Of a stretch of 64,000 nt of DNA, positions 20,713 through 31,088 are shown piece after piece. Position 1 is the stretch's first letter. Each line of letters opens with the position of its first letter. This DNA comes from Deltaproteobacteria bacterium (GTDB lineage: Bacteria; Myxococcota_A; Polyangia; Polyangiales; Houyiibacteriaceae), in NCBI GenBank assembly GCA_034670305.1, contig JAXMNT010000005.1, positions 32,001 through 96,000 of the forward strand, read 5' to 3'. The notes under the pieces are model-generated. The model ran no database searches and was not told the DNA's origin. It saw only the letters and a list, made by a program, of their open reading frames with translations. A program made the position numbers and the translations under genes.

Positions 20713-21503
20713 ACGAAACGTTGAACGAGTGGCTTCGGGCGGAGCCATTCTCGCTCTGTCTCTCGAGCGGCTTCTTCGGCTTCTTCGCGCACGCGGGCTT
20801 CGTCTGCGCGCTCGAAGAAGCCGGACTGCGTCCGTCGCGGGTCAGCGGCTCGAGCGCCGGTGCGTTGGTCGCGTCGTGTGTCGCGATGGGTGTGCCCGGC
20901 GAACGGTTGGCGGACCGGTTCCTCTCGCTGCAGCGCGCCGACTTCTGGGATCCCTTCTACGCCGGCCGGCCGACCGTGCCGAAGTTCGGTTTGCTCGAAG
21001 GACGGCTCTTCGAAGCGGAGCTCGAGCGGATCTTTCTCGCCGGCACCGCCCAAGAGGCGCCAACCTTCGACGACTGCGCGCTCCCGTTGACCGTCAGCGC
21101 CTGGGACGTGCAACGACGCCAGACCGTCGTGCTCGCCGAAGGCCCGGTCGCACCCGCCGTGCACGCGAGCTGCGCGTTCCCCGGTCTCTTCCAGATGGTG
21201 CCGCACCAGGGCCGCCTGCTCTGGGACGGCGGCATCGCCGACCGGCCGGGACTCGCGGGGCTCGAAGGACATGGGACGCGCGTGCTGATGCACCACCTCG
21301 AGTCGCGGTCGTGGTGGCGCACTGGCGACTCCGCCAAGGTACCGACGACACCCGGGGTGCAGGTCGTCACGCTCGGGGCGCTTCCGCGATCGGGCCCGTC
21401 GAAACTCGCGGAGGGACGCCGCGCGTTTGGCATCGCACGCGACCGGACGCGGCGGGCACTCACGCTGCCGATGCGCGGCGGTGTTCTTCGCGTCTCCCGG
21501 TGA
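20709..21503 (+). CDS. Patatin-like phospholipase
   Basis: SSGFFGFFAH variant oxyanion motif, GSSAG nucleophile, ASCAFPGLF, DGG. Start is CTG 20709 or TTG 20721. Confidence 0.85.
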   Translation: MNETLNEWLRAEPFSLCLSSGFFGFFAHAGFVCALEEAGLRPSRVSGSSAGALVASCVAMGVPGERLADRFLSLQRADFWDPFYAGRPTVPKFGLLEGRLFEAELERIFLAGTAQEAPTFDDCALPLTVSAWDVQRRQTVVLAEGPVAPAVHASCAFPGLFQMVPHQGRLLWDGGIADRPGLAGLEGHGTRVLMHHLESRSWWRTGDSAKVPTTPGVQVVTLGALPRSGPSKLAEGRRAFGIARDRTRRALTLPMRGGVLRVSR

Positions 21504-21528
21504 GGTTCCCCGACGACATGCTACGCGT

Positions 21529-22794
21529 GTGCCGGTGAGGTTGTTCGGACCGGCGCTCCTCTGCATCGTGTGCACCGCGTGTTCGGTCGCCACGCGACCG
21601 CCGATCCTGTCCGCGGCCGACCCGGTCGAGCCGCCGGAAGAGCCCCCGCCCGTGGCGCCGCTCGAACCGGAGCGGCTCGAGTTGCGGTGGACGCCCGAGG
21701 GCGCGGCGGCCCGCGCCGGCATGCACGAAGCGCAGTACCCGTTCGACGTCGCCTGGAGACTCGATTCTCCGCGCGAGTCGGCGTGGCTCGCGCTCCCGAG
21801 GACAGTCGAAGGGCCGCTCCAAACGCTCCCCGAATCCGCCGAACCGAACGCACCGGTCTGGATGGTGCGCGGCGAAGGAATCACCGAGACGCACGGTGGC
21901 GTGACGCTCACGTGTCTCGGTGCCTGCGATGCGGCGCGCGCGGCCCTGCAGGCGGTGCCGCCTTCGCTCGCGCTCGAAGGCGCCGTCCTAATCGCGTTCG
22001 AGCCCAACGCCGACCTCGAACCGACCCAGTTCGTCGGCCCAGGGTTCGTCGTCGGCCGCGGCGACGGCCACACCCTGCGCTGGCAGGACCTTGTCGCCGC
22101 CATGGTCCCCGGACCGTCCCATTGGCGCGCGGGCGTCGCGCGCTACGCGGAGTGGACCATCGCGTCGGAGGGCGACGGCGCGCGTCTGCTTCGTCTGGTC
22201 GCAGAAGCCTACGCCCGTCACCGCACCGCACCGCATCCGATCGCGGCCGGCGACGACCTCGATGGGGCCGGTCTGCTCGCATTCTGCGCCGACCTACACA
22301 GCAGCGGCTCCATCTGGAACCAGCGATCGAACGTGGCCGAAGCCACCGACCCGCCGACCGCGCAGCGGTGGCGAACATGGGTCGAAGAAGCCGCGGCGTT
22401 TCGTGGCGTGGTCGAGTTCGACGGATGTCTGCGCGCCGCTGGCTTGAAGCTCGTGGCCCTTCGGGTACCGCGCTACGAGACCCGGTCGATCCGGCGACTG
22501 CTCGGGGGCGCGACGGCCGAAGGAACCCCGCCCGTCGTGGTCCGCAGCCCAGGCCCGCTGCGACCGGGCGATCGGCTCCTCTACCTGCGTGGGGTGCGGC
22601 TCGAGAGCCTGGACGACATCGGCCTCGCGCTGGTCGGCATCGAGCGCGGTCGGCGGCTCGTGCTCACCGTTCAGCGGGACGAGCGCAGGGTCCGCCAGTG
22701 GCTCACGGTACCCACGCTGGAGGCGGAATCCGAAGCGGTTCGGTTCGCCATCGAAGCCCCCGACGACTGGTCGGCGCCCCACCGATCTCCGTGA
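21529..22794 (+). CDS. Hypothetical lipoprotein with C-terminal PDZ-like domain
   Basis: Hydrophobic N-terminus ending CTAC; LRPGDRLLYLRG...LVLTVQRD looks PDZ-like. Confidence 0.6.
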   Translation: MPVRLFGPALLCIVCTACSVATRPPILSAADPVEPPEEPPPVAPLEPERLELRWTPEGAAARAGMHEAQYPFDVAWRLDSPRESAWLALPRTVEGPLQTLPESAEPNAPVWMVRGEGITETHGGVTLTCLGACDAARAALQAVPPSLALEGAVLIAFEPNADLEPTQFVGPGFVVGRGDGHTLRWQDLVAAMVPGPSHWRAGVARYAEWTIASEGDGARLLRLVAEAYARHRTAPHPIAAGDDLDGAGLLAFCADLHSSGSIWNQRSNVAEATDPPTAQRWRTWVEEAAAFRGVVEFDGCLRAAGLKLVALRVPRYETRSIRRLLGGATAEGTPPVVVRSPGPLRPGDRLLYLRGVRLESLDDIGLALVGIERGRRLVLTVQRDERRVRQWLTVPTLEAESEAVRFAIEAPDDWSAPHRSP

Positions 22795-22855
22795 TCTTCC
22801 GGGTTCGGGTGCGGCGTAGTTGACAGGAGGGGCCCAAAGCCGCGTCAATGGCACC

Positions 22856-23983
22856 GTGACCGACACCCCTCAGAGCGTGCTGGAGGGCGAGATCCCCGAA
22901 GGCGGCATCGTGACGATGCTCCTGGAGATCGAAGCGCTCCGCACCACCGGTGTGCTCCGGTTCTCCGGACCGTGCGAAGGCGAAGTCTCGCTCGTGCTCG
23001 GTCAGATCAGCGCGGACCAAGACGAACGGGAAGACGAAGAAGATCCGATCGAACTGTTGCTCGCCATGACGAGCGGGCACTTCGAGATCATTCAGCGCCT
23101 CCCTCCCTTGCCCGTGTCGAAGGGAGACACGACCCGCAAAGAGGGCTCTCTCGAAGTGCATGTGCCGGCGGACCTGATGAACTACTGCGAGCGCGCCGGT
23201 CTGACCGGCATGCTCTCGCTCGAGCAGGACGACATGCGGGCCGAGGTTCGATACGAGCGCGGCGAGCTCGACACCATCCGTCTCGACGGACTCGATGATC
23301 TCCACCACGTCTTCGGCTGGGACGAGGGACACTTCGTCGTCGACACTTACGCGGACGCGCCTTGGCTCGAGGACCTGCCCGACCCCGAAGAAGAGCCAGA
23401 GGAAGTTGCCGACGAAGCCGACGCCGACGAAGCCAAGGCTGCTGCGAACCCGCCGACGCCCAAGCCCAAGCCGCCGCGCCCCGACACCACGGGGCAGCAG
23501 TTTCTTCGGGTCGTCGAGGTCACCCTCGCGGAGGTGTTGCGCGAACGCGAAGAACGCCGGCCGCCGACCCGAACGAGTCCGCCGCTCCCGGATCTTCCGA
23601 AACCGAAGAAACACGCCACGCTCCTGCCCCCCGGCGGCGCGAAGCCCAAACGCAAAGAGCGCAAGGACCAGACGGTCCGGGTGATCTACCTGGGCGCGGA
23701 TGTCGCGAAGGCGCCTCCCGTCGGCGTGCGACACGTGCAAAAGGGCGTGGTTGGAGAAGAAGAGTTGCCCGAGGCCGCGCCCGCGCGGCGAGGAAAAGAT
23801 GCGATGAAGGAAGCCGCCGCCACTGCAGACCAGACGCCCGCCGAGGGCCAAGGCGACAAGGGCGACGCCAAGGGTGGCGAAGGCAAAACGAAGGAGCTTC
23901 CCACGATCGTCTGGGCCCTCATCGCAGTGATGATCGCGCTGACCGCGCTGACGATCTTGGCGGCGCTGCCGCCGGTCGACTGA
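22856..23983 (+). CDS. DUF4388/PATAN-like domain protein with Pro-rich linker and C-terminal TM anchor
   Basis: GSLEVHVPADLMNYCERAGLTGMLSL...W.EGHF; C-terminal hydrophobic helix. The start is uncertain. Confidence 0.7.
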   Translation: MTDTPQSVLEGEIPEGGIVTMLLEIEALRTTGVLRFSGPCEGEVSLVLGQISADQDEREDEEDPIELLLAMTSGHFEIIQRLPPLPVSKGDTTRKEGSLEVHVPADLMNYCERAGLTGMLSLEQDDMRAEVRYERGELDTIRLDGLDDLHHVFGWDEGHFVVDTYADAPWLEDLPDPEEEPEEVADEADADEAKAAANPPTPKPKPPRPDTTGQQFLRVVEVTLAEVLREREERRPPTRTSPPLPDLPKPKKHATLLPPGGAKPKRKERKDQTVRVIYLGADVAKAPPVGVRHVQKGVVGEEELPEAAPARRGKDAMKEAAATADQTPAEGQGDKGDAKGGEGKTKELPTIVWALIAVMIALTALTILAALPPVD

Positions 23984-24015
23984 ACGCGCGCCGGGTGCGG
24001 CTCTGAGCGAGGGCG

Positions 24016-24300
24016 GTGTCGGCTTCGGGAACCGCAGTGCTGGCTTCGGGAACCGCAGTGCTGGCTTCGGGAACCGCAGGTGCTGGCTTCGGGAGCCCCA
24101 GTGCTGTCCGTGGCACCGCAGTGCTGGCCTCGAGAACCGCAGTGCTGGCTTCGGGAGTCGCAGTACTGTCCGTGGCAACCGCAGTGCTGGCTTCGGGAGT
24201 CGCAGTGCTGTCCGTGGCAACCGCAGTGCTGTCCGTGGGAAGCGCAGTGCTGTCCGTGGGAAGCGCAGTGCTGCGGGCGCGAAACGCAGTAGGCTTCGAC
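24016..24300. repeat. 21-bp minisatellite, about 13 units
   Basis: GCAGTG core recurring at ~21-bp period (24034, 24055 ... 24286); variants CGCAGTGCTGGCTTCGGGAAC and CGCAGTGCTGTCCGTGGCAAC. Confidence 0.92.
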
Positions 24301-24302
24301 CC

Positions 24303-26132
24303 GTGTCGTCTTTCCGCGCGATTCTGATCTGTGTCGCTGCATGGATCCTCGCGACCAGCGGTGCTGGCCTCGGGAATCGCAGCGTGCAGGCGCAGTTGGA
24401 CGGCGGCGTGCGGGATGGGGGCGTGCGCGTCGGCGGGGTCGATGCGGGTGCCGGCGGCGCAGCGGAAACCGACGCCGTTCCCGGAGCCGAAACCGACGCC
24501 GAAGCCGACCCCGAAACCGACGCCGAAGCCGACCCCGATGCCGATGCCGGTGCCGATGCCGATGCCGATGCCGATGCCGATGCCGATGCCGATGCCGAAA
24601 CCGAAGCCGATGCCGATGCCGACGCCGATGCCGACGCCGATGCCGACGCCGATGCCGACGCCGACGCCGAAGCCGACGCCGATGCCGACTTCGATCCGGA
24701 CGAGGCGAGGTTCGGCGACGACCTCGACGACGAGCCGTTTGCCGAGGGCGAGGTTCGGGTTCGCTACTTTCTCGAGCGGGTGCAGGTGCGGGGGAACCGG
24801 AAGACGCGGACCGCAGTCATCCGTGAGTTCGTGCCGTTCACAGCCGGCTCGGTCATCGATCCCGAGAACGAAGCGTTCGAGTCCATTCAGATCCGGTTGC
24901 GCGGCACCGGCTGGTTTCGAACGGTCCGGCTCTCCCTCGAACCGGGCGCGCGGCGCGGCTGGGCCGTGCTCGTCATCGACGTCGAAGAACGCAACAGCAT
25001 CGTCATCAGTGGACTGACGCTTGGCATCAGCGAAGGGTTGAACAACTCCACCGACTCCACCGCAGACCCGGTCCCCTACCTCGGCGCGACCCTGACCGAG
25101 ACCAACCTCTTCGGCACCGGCGCGCAGCTCTCTCTCGGCGGGCTCGGCTCGACGCGCGGCTGGGGACTCGACCTCGAGTACGACAACCCGCGCCTCTTGC
25201 CACGCCGCTACGGCCTGCGCGCCGGCGGCTTCATGCAGCGCGCCCGGCAGTACTTCGGCAACGACCCACTGCTCGCTGGCGAGTGTCCAAGCGAAGTGGT
25301 CGGGTGCATGGAAGAACGCGCCGCGCGCAACGCGGTGGTCTTCTACCAGCGCGGCGGCATCGTGCTCGGCACGGGCCACGAACTCGGGGCGGTGACCCGA
25401 TTCGACCTCGACTGGCAGGGCGAAGTGCTCGATCTCCGGTCGCGGCCGGAAGCGGCGAGTGAACGCCGCGGGTCCGAGACCCGTCCCATCGATTGGCACA
25501 TTCACGATGGCGTCAGTTACCTCTCGATGGTGCGGTTCGGATTGACCTTCGACCGCCGCAACGACCCGGCGCTTCCTTCGCGCGGCGTGTACGCACGGTT
25601 TCAGTCCGAGGTCGCGCACCGGCTGATCGGCAGCGACTACGACTTCCTGCGCGCCCAGCTCGTGTTCCGCGCGTGGCAACCACTGCCGCGGCAGCACTCG
25701 CTCCGCTTCGGGCTCTTCTTCGGCGCCGTCGTCGGCAACGCACCCTTCCCGTACCTCTTCCAGATCTCGGACCTGACCGACCTCATCCCGGCGCGCGTGC
25801 AGGGCATTCAGCTCGACCGCCGGGAAGCGCCGAACTTCTTTGGCACCTCCGTGTCGGTGATGCGCGCGCAAGAGTTCGCGAGCCGCATCGACCTGCAGTA
25901 CGAGCTGCCGCTGGTTCGCAGCCCACGACGCGTACGCGCGCTCAACGGCTACGTGAACGTGGGCGTGTACGTGCTCTCTGACTTCGACGATCTCGCCGTC
26001 GCGGTCCCCGGCTTCGTCGGTGCGTCGCGCATCCCGATCGACCTGACCTTCGACATCGGCCTGCGCATGGACACCCGGGTGGGCGTGTTCAAGATCGGGT
26101 TCTCCAGCGTGCTCGGGTTGATCGCCCTGTGA
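24303..26132 (+). CDS. Omp85/BamA-TamA family outer-membrane protein with single POTRA and N-terminal Ala-Asp tract
   Basis: POTRA-like [14 protein letters not shown]...[27 protein letters not shown]; beta-strand-rich C-terminal part. Confidence 0.85.
   Translation: MSSFRAILICVAAWILATSGAGLGNRSVQAQLDGGVRDGGVRVGGVDAGAGGAAETDAVPGAETDAEADPETDAEADPDADAGADADADADADADADAETEADADADADADADADADADADAEADADADFDPDEARFGDDLDDEPFAEGEVRVRYFLERVQVRGNRKTRTAVIREFVPFTAGSVIDPENEAFESIQIRLRGTGWFRTVRLSLEPGARRGWAVLVIDVEERNSIVISGLTLGISEGLNNSTDSTADPVPYLGATLTETNLFGTGAQLSLGGLGSTRGWGLDLEYDNPRLLPRRYGLRAGGFMQRARQYFGNDPLLAGECPSEVVGCMEERAARNAVVFYQRGGIVLGTGHELGAVTRFDLDWQGEVLDLRSRPEAASERRGSETRPIDWHIHDGVSYLSMVRFGLTFDRRNDPALPSRGVYARFQSEVAHRLIGSDYDFLRAQLVFRAWQPLPRQHSLRFGLFFGAVVGNAPFPYLFQISDLTDLIPARVQGIQLDRREAPNFFGTSVSVMRAQEFASRIDLQYELPLVRSPRRVRALNGYVNVGVYVLSDFDDLAVAVPGFVGASRIPIDLTFDIGLRMDTRVGVFKIGFSSVLGLIAL
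24465..24690 (+). repeat. In-frame (GCCGAN)n tract encoding Ala-Asp/Glu
   Basis: Directly visible gccgat/gccgac/gccgaa tandem. Confidence 0.9.
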
Positions 26133-26797
26133 GGTCGCAGGCTCGGGCCCAACGGACGTGGTCGCTGCGGATGCGGACCGCCTGTCTCGTGTTCGCGTCG
26201 CTCTTGTGGTGCACCAGCATCACCGAAGCGCAGCACCGCCTCCCGGTACGGCGGGTCGGGGTGATGTGGCAGAACGGCACCCCGCGCATCAACGTCAGCG
26301 TCCGCGATCTCGCGAACACTCCATCGGTGCGGCGCTCCCTCACGAGCGGCATCGCACGACGCATGAACGTGAGTGTGCAGACCTTCCGCAGCGGATCCGC
26401 TCGGCCCGTCGCGAGCCGTTCGTTCGCCTGCACGATCACCTACGACATCTTCGAGCGGAGCTTCGTCGTGCGTCGGGGCCGGCGCAGCGCGGTCGCCTCA
26501 GATTACGACGACGTGCTCGAGCGTTGCTTGACCCTGCGACGGCACCGCGCGGGCACCGCCGCGGAGTTCGCGGGGCTCGAAGGCCAGACGATCTTCTTCG
26601 CGGTGCGCGCCGAGTTCAACCCGATCGACCGGCGCCGTTGCCGGCAGCTGCTGCGCGGGAGCGGTTCGTCGCAGCAGGATCCCATCGGACCCATCGTGAT
26701 CAACATCGTGCGCCGCGAGATCTGCGAAGCGGAGCGGGTGGTCGAGTTCCGGTCGCAAGACATCGTGGTGCCGGCCTCGAACGGTGGGTCGCGGTGA
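26129..26797 (+). CDS. Periplasmic DUF4390-like protein
   Basis: Signal peptide; LTSGI...CTITYDIFERSFVV pattern; lies directly before an NtrY-like kinase; 4-bp overlaps on both sides. Confidence 0.6.
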   Translation: MRSQARAQRTWSLRMRTACLVFASLLWCTSITEAQHRLPVRRVGVMWQNGTPRINVSVRDLANTPSVRRSLTSGIARRMNVSVQTFRSGSARPVASRSFACTITYDIFERSFVVRRGRRSAVASDYDDVLERCLTLRRHRAGTAAEFAGLEGQTIFFAVRAEFNPIDRRRCRQLLRGSGSSQQDPIGPIVINIVRREICEAERVVEFRSQDIVVPASNGGSR

Positions 26798-28296
26798 AGG
26801 GCTTGTCGCGCTTCGAACGGAAGATCCTGGCCGCGATCGCCTTCGTCGGTCTGGCACCGCTGATCGGTGCGTTGGTGCTCGGCCGGTCCACCGTCACAGA
26901 CGCCTACCGAACCGGCGTGAACCCCTCGGTGCGGGAACAGCTCGACGGTGCGGTCGCCCTGTATCAGACGCACCTCGAGACCCTGCGGGAAGACGCCGAA
27001 CGCACCGCGGATGCGATCGCCTTTCACCGCGATCTCGACACCCCGGATCCCGAGGTCCTTCGACCCCGACTCGACGCGCTGCTCGACCGCTACGCCCACG
27101 TCGCCTCGATCGAACTCTCGACCGACGACGAGACGCTGGTACGACGCGAGCGCACCGAGCGGCTGGACCCCGAGACGCGTCGGCCCATCACGCTGCGCCG
27201 CACCGTCGCAGGCCGCGAGGTGGTCGTCGTCGTCACCGCGCCGGTCCGGGTGTTCGAAGGGCTGCAGGAAGCCGGCGAACAGGCGGAGTTCTACGGGCGC
27301 ATGCTGGAGTCGGCGGACTTCGTCAGCGGCACGTACGTGTGGGTCTACATCGGTTTGCTCGCGCTGCTGATCTTGGTCGCCCTCGGGCTCGCGGGCATCG
27401 TCGCGCGGCGGGTCACCGGCCGGGTCACAGATCTCGCGGACGCGGCGCGCAAAGTCGGTCGTGGCGACCTGACCGTGCGGGTGCCGACCAGTGGTCGAGA
27501 CGAGGTCTTCGAACTCACCGAAGCGTTCAACGCCATGGTCGCCGACCTGCGCGACAGCCGCGCGCGCATCGACTACCTGCAGCGCATCGGCGCCTGGCAG
27601 CAGTTCGCCCGCCGCCTCGCGCACGAAATCAAGAACCCGCTCACGCCGATCCAGCTCGCCGCGCAAGAGATGGTGCGCAGCTACGAAGGGGACGACGCCT
27701 ACCGAAGCAAACTCGAAGAGGCGGTGTCGATCATCGAAGAGGAAGTCGCGACCCTCCGGCGCCTGGTGAGTGAGTTCAGCTCGTTCGCGAAGCTGCCCGA
27801 AGCGGACCTCGCGCCCGCGGACCTCGGGGAGTTCTTGCTCGACGTCGAACGGAGCGTGGCCGCCATCGCCGACGACGTCTTCGAAGACGAGCCCGCGCCC
27901 GAGGTCACGTTCAAGACCCAGGACGTGCCGATGCCGGTTCGGCTCGACGCGATGATGCTCAAGCGTTGCGTGGACAACCTCATCCGAAATGCGTTTCAAG
28001 CCATCCGCGACGCGGCCACCGAACCGGACGCCAAACCGCCCGGCGAGACCCGACTGCGCGTGCGCGCCACCCTCGAGGACGGCCACGCGGTCCTGCGGGT
28101 GGAGGACGACGGACCCGGCGTCGAAGAAAGCCACCTCGACCGGTTGTTCGATCCCTACTTCACGACCAAACTCGACGGCACTGGCCTCGGCCTGGCCATC
28201 GTCAAGAAGGTGGTCTTGGAGCACGGCGGCGAGATCGCGTACGAGGAGTCCCTCTGGGGCGGCGCTTGTTTTGCGATCCGCCTCCCGATCGACTGA
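26794..28296 (+). CDS. HAMP-domain sensor histidine kinase (NtrY-like)
   Basis: Two TM helices; HAMP DEVFELTEAFN; H-box LAHEIKNPLTPI; NLIRNA, DDGPG, FDPYFTTK, GTGLGL. Confidence 0.93.
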   Translation: MKGLSRFERKILAAIAFVGLAPLIGALVLGRSTVTDAYRTGVNPSVREQLDGAVALYQTHLETLREDAERTADAIAFHRDLDTPDPEVLRPRLDALLDRYAHVASIELSTDDETLVRRERTERLDPETRRPITLRRTVAGREVVVVVTAPVRVFEGLQEAGEQAEFYGRMLESADFVSGTYVWVYIGLLALLILVALGLAGIVARRVTGRVTDLADAARKVGRGDLTVRVPTSGRDEVFELTEAFNAMVADLRDSRARIDYLQRIGAWQQFARRLAHEIKNPLTPIQLAAQEMVRSYEGDDAYRSKLEEAVSIIEEEVATLRRLVSEFSSFAKLPEADLAPADLGEFLLDVERSVAAIADDVFEDEPAPEVTFKTQDVPMPVRLDAMMLKRCVDNLIRNAFQAIRDAATEPDAKPPGETRLRVRATLEDGHAVLRVEDDGPGVEESHLDRLFDPYFTTKLDGTGLGLAIVKKVVLEHGGEIAYEESLWGGACFAIRLPID

Positions 28297-28308
28297 GCCA
28301 ATCCATCC

Positions 28309-28839
28309 ATGAAGACCGACCTCCAACGCTTGGCGCCCTGGCTCGCCGCCATCGGAACCCTCGCGCTGCTCGCCACGGTCGGCCTGGTGCCGAAGTGCGG
28401 CCTGCGGCAGCCCGCGCCGCCCTTCGTCTCGGAGGTGGTGGCCGGGGAGGGCATCGGGGACCGGGTCGCGCTCGAGCACTTGGCCGGCAAAGTGGTGCTG
28501 CTCGACTTCTGGGCCAGCTGGTGTCCGCCCTGCCGGGCTTCGATCCCGGTGCTCAACGGGGTTCACGCCCAGTTCGGGTCGGAAGTGCAGATGTATGGGG
28601 TCAATGTGGAGCGGTTCGGGCCCGAGCGGGTCCAACAGGCCCACACCAACTTCGGGGCCGAATTCCCGAGTCTTCAGGACGTCTCCGGTGAGCTGCAGGC
28701 CATGTTCGGGGTGGAGAGCTATCCGACCCTCGTGCTCATCGATGGGACCGGCGCGATCCGTCACGTAGAGGCTGGAGTGCCGGACCAGGCGGCCCTGGCG
28801 GATCGCATCTCTGGACTACTTTCCGAACAATCTCAATAA
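28309..28839 (+). CDS. TlpA/ResA family thiol-disulfide oxidoreductase
   Basis: VVLLDFWASWCPPCR, YPTLVLID; N-terminal membrane anchor. Confidence 0.92.
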   Translation: MKTDLQRLAPWLAAIGTLALLATVGLVPKCGLRQPAPPFVSEVVAGEGIGDRVALEHLAGKVVLLDFWASWCPPCRASIPVLNGVHAQFGSEVQMYGVNVERFGPERVQQAHTNFGAEFPSLQDVSGELQAMFGVESYPTLVLIDGTGAIRHVEAGVPDQAALADRISGLLSEQSQ

Positions 28840-29018
28840 GTTCGACGTCTCGACATTGATCCATCGGCCGTCTTTTGGTAGATTCCGCCGCCGCTGCCAG
28901 CCATGAGTGCTGCCGGGGGGGCCTTCGGGCCCAGGGAACACGTATCGAGCCATGGGCTCGGTGAACATGGGTCGTTTCGTTCCGACGATCGCTCGAAGGA
29001 ACAAAGGGAGAAGTCGGC

Positions 29019-29780
29019 TTGGTCAAGCAGCTGAAAGGCGCCAGCCTCGAATCGCGGGTCGCGCGCCTGCAGGAGCTCCAAAAGGTAGCGCCGGAAGGTC
29101 TCGTCGAGCAATTCGAAGAGACCCTGGACCTGTCGTGGATCTATCACGACAGCGCACTCGAGGGGGTCGTGTACACGAAGGAAGAACTCACCGGCGCATT
29201 CTCCGACGAGGTTGTCACCGACTCCGCGTTGCTGCCGGTGTACGACGAGATCCGCAACCACAAAGCGGCCATCCTGATGATCCGCGAGATGGCGCGAAAG
29301 AAGCGGTTCTCGGTCACCCTCGACGTGATCAAGAAGCTGTACGCGCAGCTGGCACCGGAAGAACTCGAGGGACGGCCGCAGCCCACCTACCGCAAGGACA
29401 TGCCGCTGCACCGGCTGTACTTCCACGAGATCGCGCCGCCCGAGAAGATCAGCTACCGGATGAGGCAGCTCGTTCAGTGGATGAACGCAGCCGACACCAA
29501 GCGGTCCACCCATCCGGTGCGGCTCGCGTCCAAGTCGCACGTGCAGCTGCTGCACATCTACCCGTTCCCGCGCCAGAGCGGGAAGGTCGCGCGCCTCGTG
29601 ATGAACTTGCTGCTGCTTCGCCTCGGCTACCCGCCGGTGATCATTCACGCGACGCAGCGGCAGCGGTACTACGACGCGCTCAAGCAGTCCGAAGACAAGG
29701 TCTCGGTGCTGATCAACGCCGCGCTTGGGGCCTCGGTCGAGAGCACGATCCGGTTCTTCGAAGAAGCGGGCGTGCGCTGA
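29019..29780 (+). CDS. Fic/DOC family protein with non-canonical motif
   Basis: WIYHDSALEG; HIYPFPRQSGKVARL in place of HPFxDGNGRxxR; RQRYYDAL. Confidence 0.85.
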   Translation: MVKQLKGASLESRVARLQELQKVAPEGLVEQFEETLDLSWIYHDSALEGVVYTKEELTGAFSDEVVTDSALLPVYDEIRNHKAAILMIREMARKKRFSVTLDVIKKLYAQLAPEELEGRPQPTYRKDMPLHRLYFHEIAPPEKISYRMRQLVQWMNAADTKRSTHPVRLASKSHVQLLHIYPFPRQSGKVARLVMNLLLLRLGYPPVIIHATQRQRYYDALKQSEDKVSVLINAALGASVESTIRFFEEAGVR

Positions 29781-29821
29781 AGCCGCCTCGCCCTTCTGGG
29801 CGAGGTCGGCCACGTGATGTC

Positions 29822-30490
29822 GTGAAGACGCGGACGAACCAAGGGTCTCCCCGGACGTGGCGCGGCCTCTACGGGATCGTCGATCCCGAGGTGTGTGCGC
29901 GGCGCCAGGTCGCACCGGTCGAGCTGACCGCAGCGATCCTCCAGGGAGGGTGCGCGGTGCTGCAGCTGCGGGACAAACGCGCCGACGATCGAGACGCGCT
30001 GGCCCTCGCCCGCGCGATGGTCGCCCTGTGTCGCGAGGCGAACGTGCCCTTCGTGATGAACGACCGCATCGACTTGGCGCTCCTGTGCGAGGCAGACGGA
30101 GTGCACCTCGGTCAGGACGACCTCCCGGTCGCCGAAGCCCGACGGATCTTCGACGGACCGATCGGCCTGAGCACCCACGATCTGACGCAGGTGCGGGCCG
30201 CCGAAGCGCTCGGTGCGGACTTGATCGGGTTCGGGCCGGTGTTCGAGACAGTGACCAAAACGAACCCAGACCCGACGGTCGGTGTCGACGGACTGCGCGC
30301 TGCAGTGCAGGCGTCGCCGCTGCCAGTCGTCGCGATCGGTGGCGTCGACCTCGAACGATGTGCGCTCGTCCGAAGCGCCGGCGCACCGCTCGCCGCCGCG
30401 ATCGGCGCCCTCTGCAGCGACGACCCGCAGGCTTCTGCCCACGCGATGCACGGCGCGATCCTCGACGGCATGCAGGGAGCATCCGCGTGA
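29822..30490 (+). CDS. thiE: Thiamine-phosphate synthase
   Basis: LYGIVD, QLRDK, MNDRIDLA, DGVHLGQDD, GLSTH, GPVFETVTK, VAIGG. Confidence 0.93.
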   Translation: MKTRTNQGSPRTWRGLYGIVDPEVCARRQVAPVELTAAILQGGCAVLQLRDKRADDRDALALARAMVALCREANVPFVMNDRIDLALLCEADGVHLGQDDLPVAEARRIFDGPIGLSTHDLTQVRAAEALGADLIGFGPVFETVTKTNPDPTVGVDGLRAAVQASPLPVVAIGGVDLERCALVRSAGAPLAAAIGALCSDDPQASAHAMHGAILDGMQGASA

Positions 30491-31086
30491 TCATCGAACT
30501 CGCCATCGGTGCCGGTCTGACGCTGGCGGCCGCGTACGGGCTGCGCAAACGCCGGCAAGCGCTCGCCAAGCAAGACGGGGACGGTCCTTCGGTGAAGAAG
30601 ACCGGGGGCAAGACCAAGGAGCCCCAACCCGAACCGGTCGGTCCGCGCGGGCTGCGCATCGACGACGTGCTGCTCTACGGCGACTGCGAGCTCTGGTTGG
30701 CCGCGTCGATCACGCTGGACGAAGAAGGGTTCGTCGCGCGGCTCTTTCGCACCCCCGGCAACGAACGCGCCGAATGGGTGATGCAGGTCGACGAAGAAGC
30801 GCGCCGCATCGGATTGATGAACCCCACCACCGAGGTCCCCGACGGTCGGGTGCCGCAGGAGCTGCCCATCGACGGCATGCGCCTGTCCCTCCGCAAACGC
30901 GGCCACGCGACGATCGCCATTCAGGGCGACCAGCTTCCGGACACCACCGAGTCGTGCGAGTTCGTCTGGCTCGGCGGGCCCGGCGGCAAGCTGCTCTTCG
31001 TGGTGGACTTCAAAGGTGGAGACCGGCTCGCACTCGCCGGTGAAACACTCGGACGCGAACTCTTCGATCTCCTGCCCGGCGGCTAG
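30487..31086 (+). CDS. Hypothetical membrane-anchored protein
   Basis: GTG overlaps the thiE stop; N-terminal TM helix followed by a basic stretch; protein-like composition. Confidence 0.7.
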   Translation: MIIELAIGAGLTLAAAYGLRKRRQALAKQDGDGPSVKKTGGKTKEPQPEPVGPRGLRIDDVLLYGDCELWLAASITLDEEGFVARLFRTPGNERAEWVMQVDEEARRIGLMNPTTEVPDGRVPQELPIDGMRLSLRKRGHATIAIQGDQLPDTTESCEFVWLGGPGGKLLFVVDFKGGDRLALAGETLGRELFDLLPGG

Positions 31087-31088
31087 CG

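Noticed and set aside
24016-24300. Possible CRISPR array
   Set aside because: Units are contiguous 21-mers with no unique spacers, and there are no cas genes in the window
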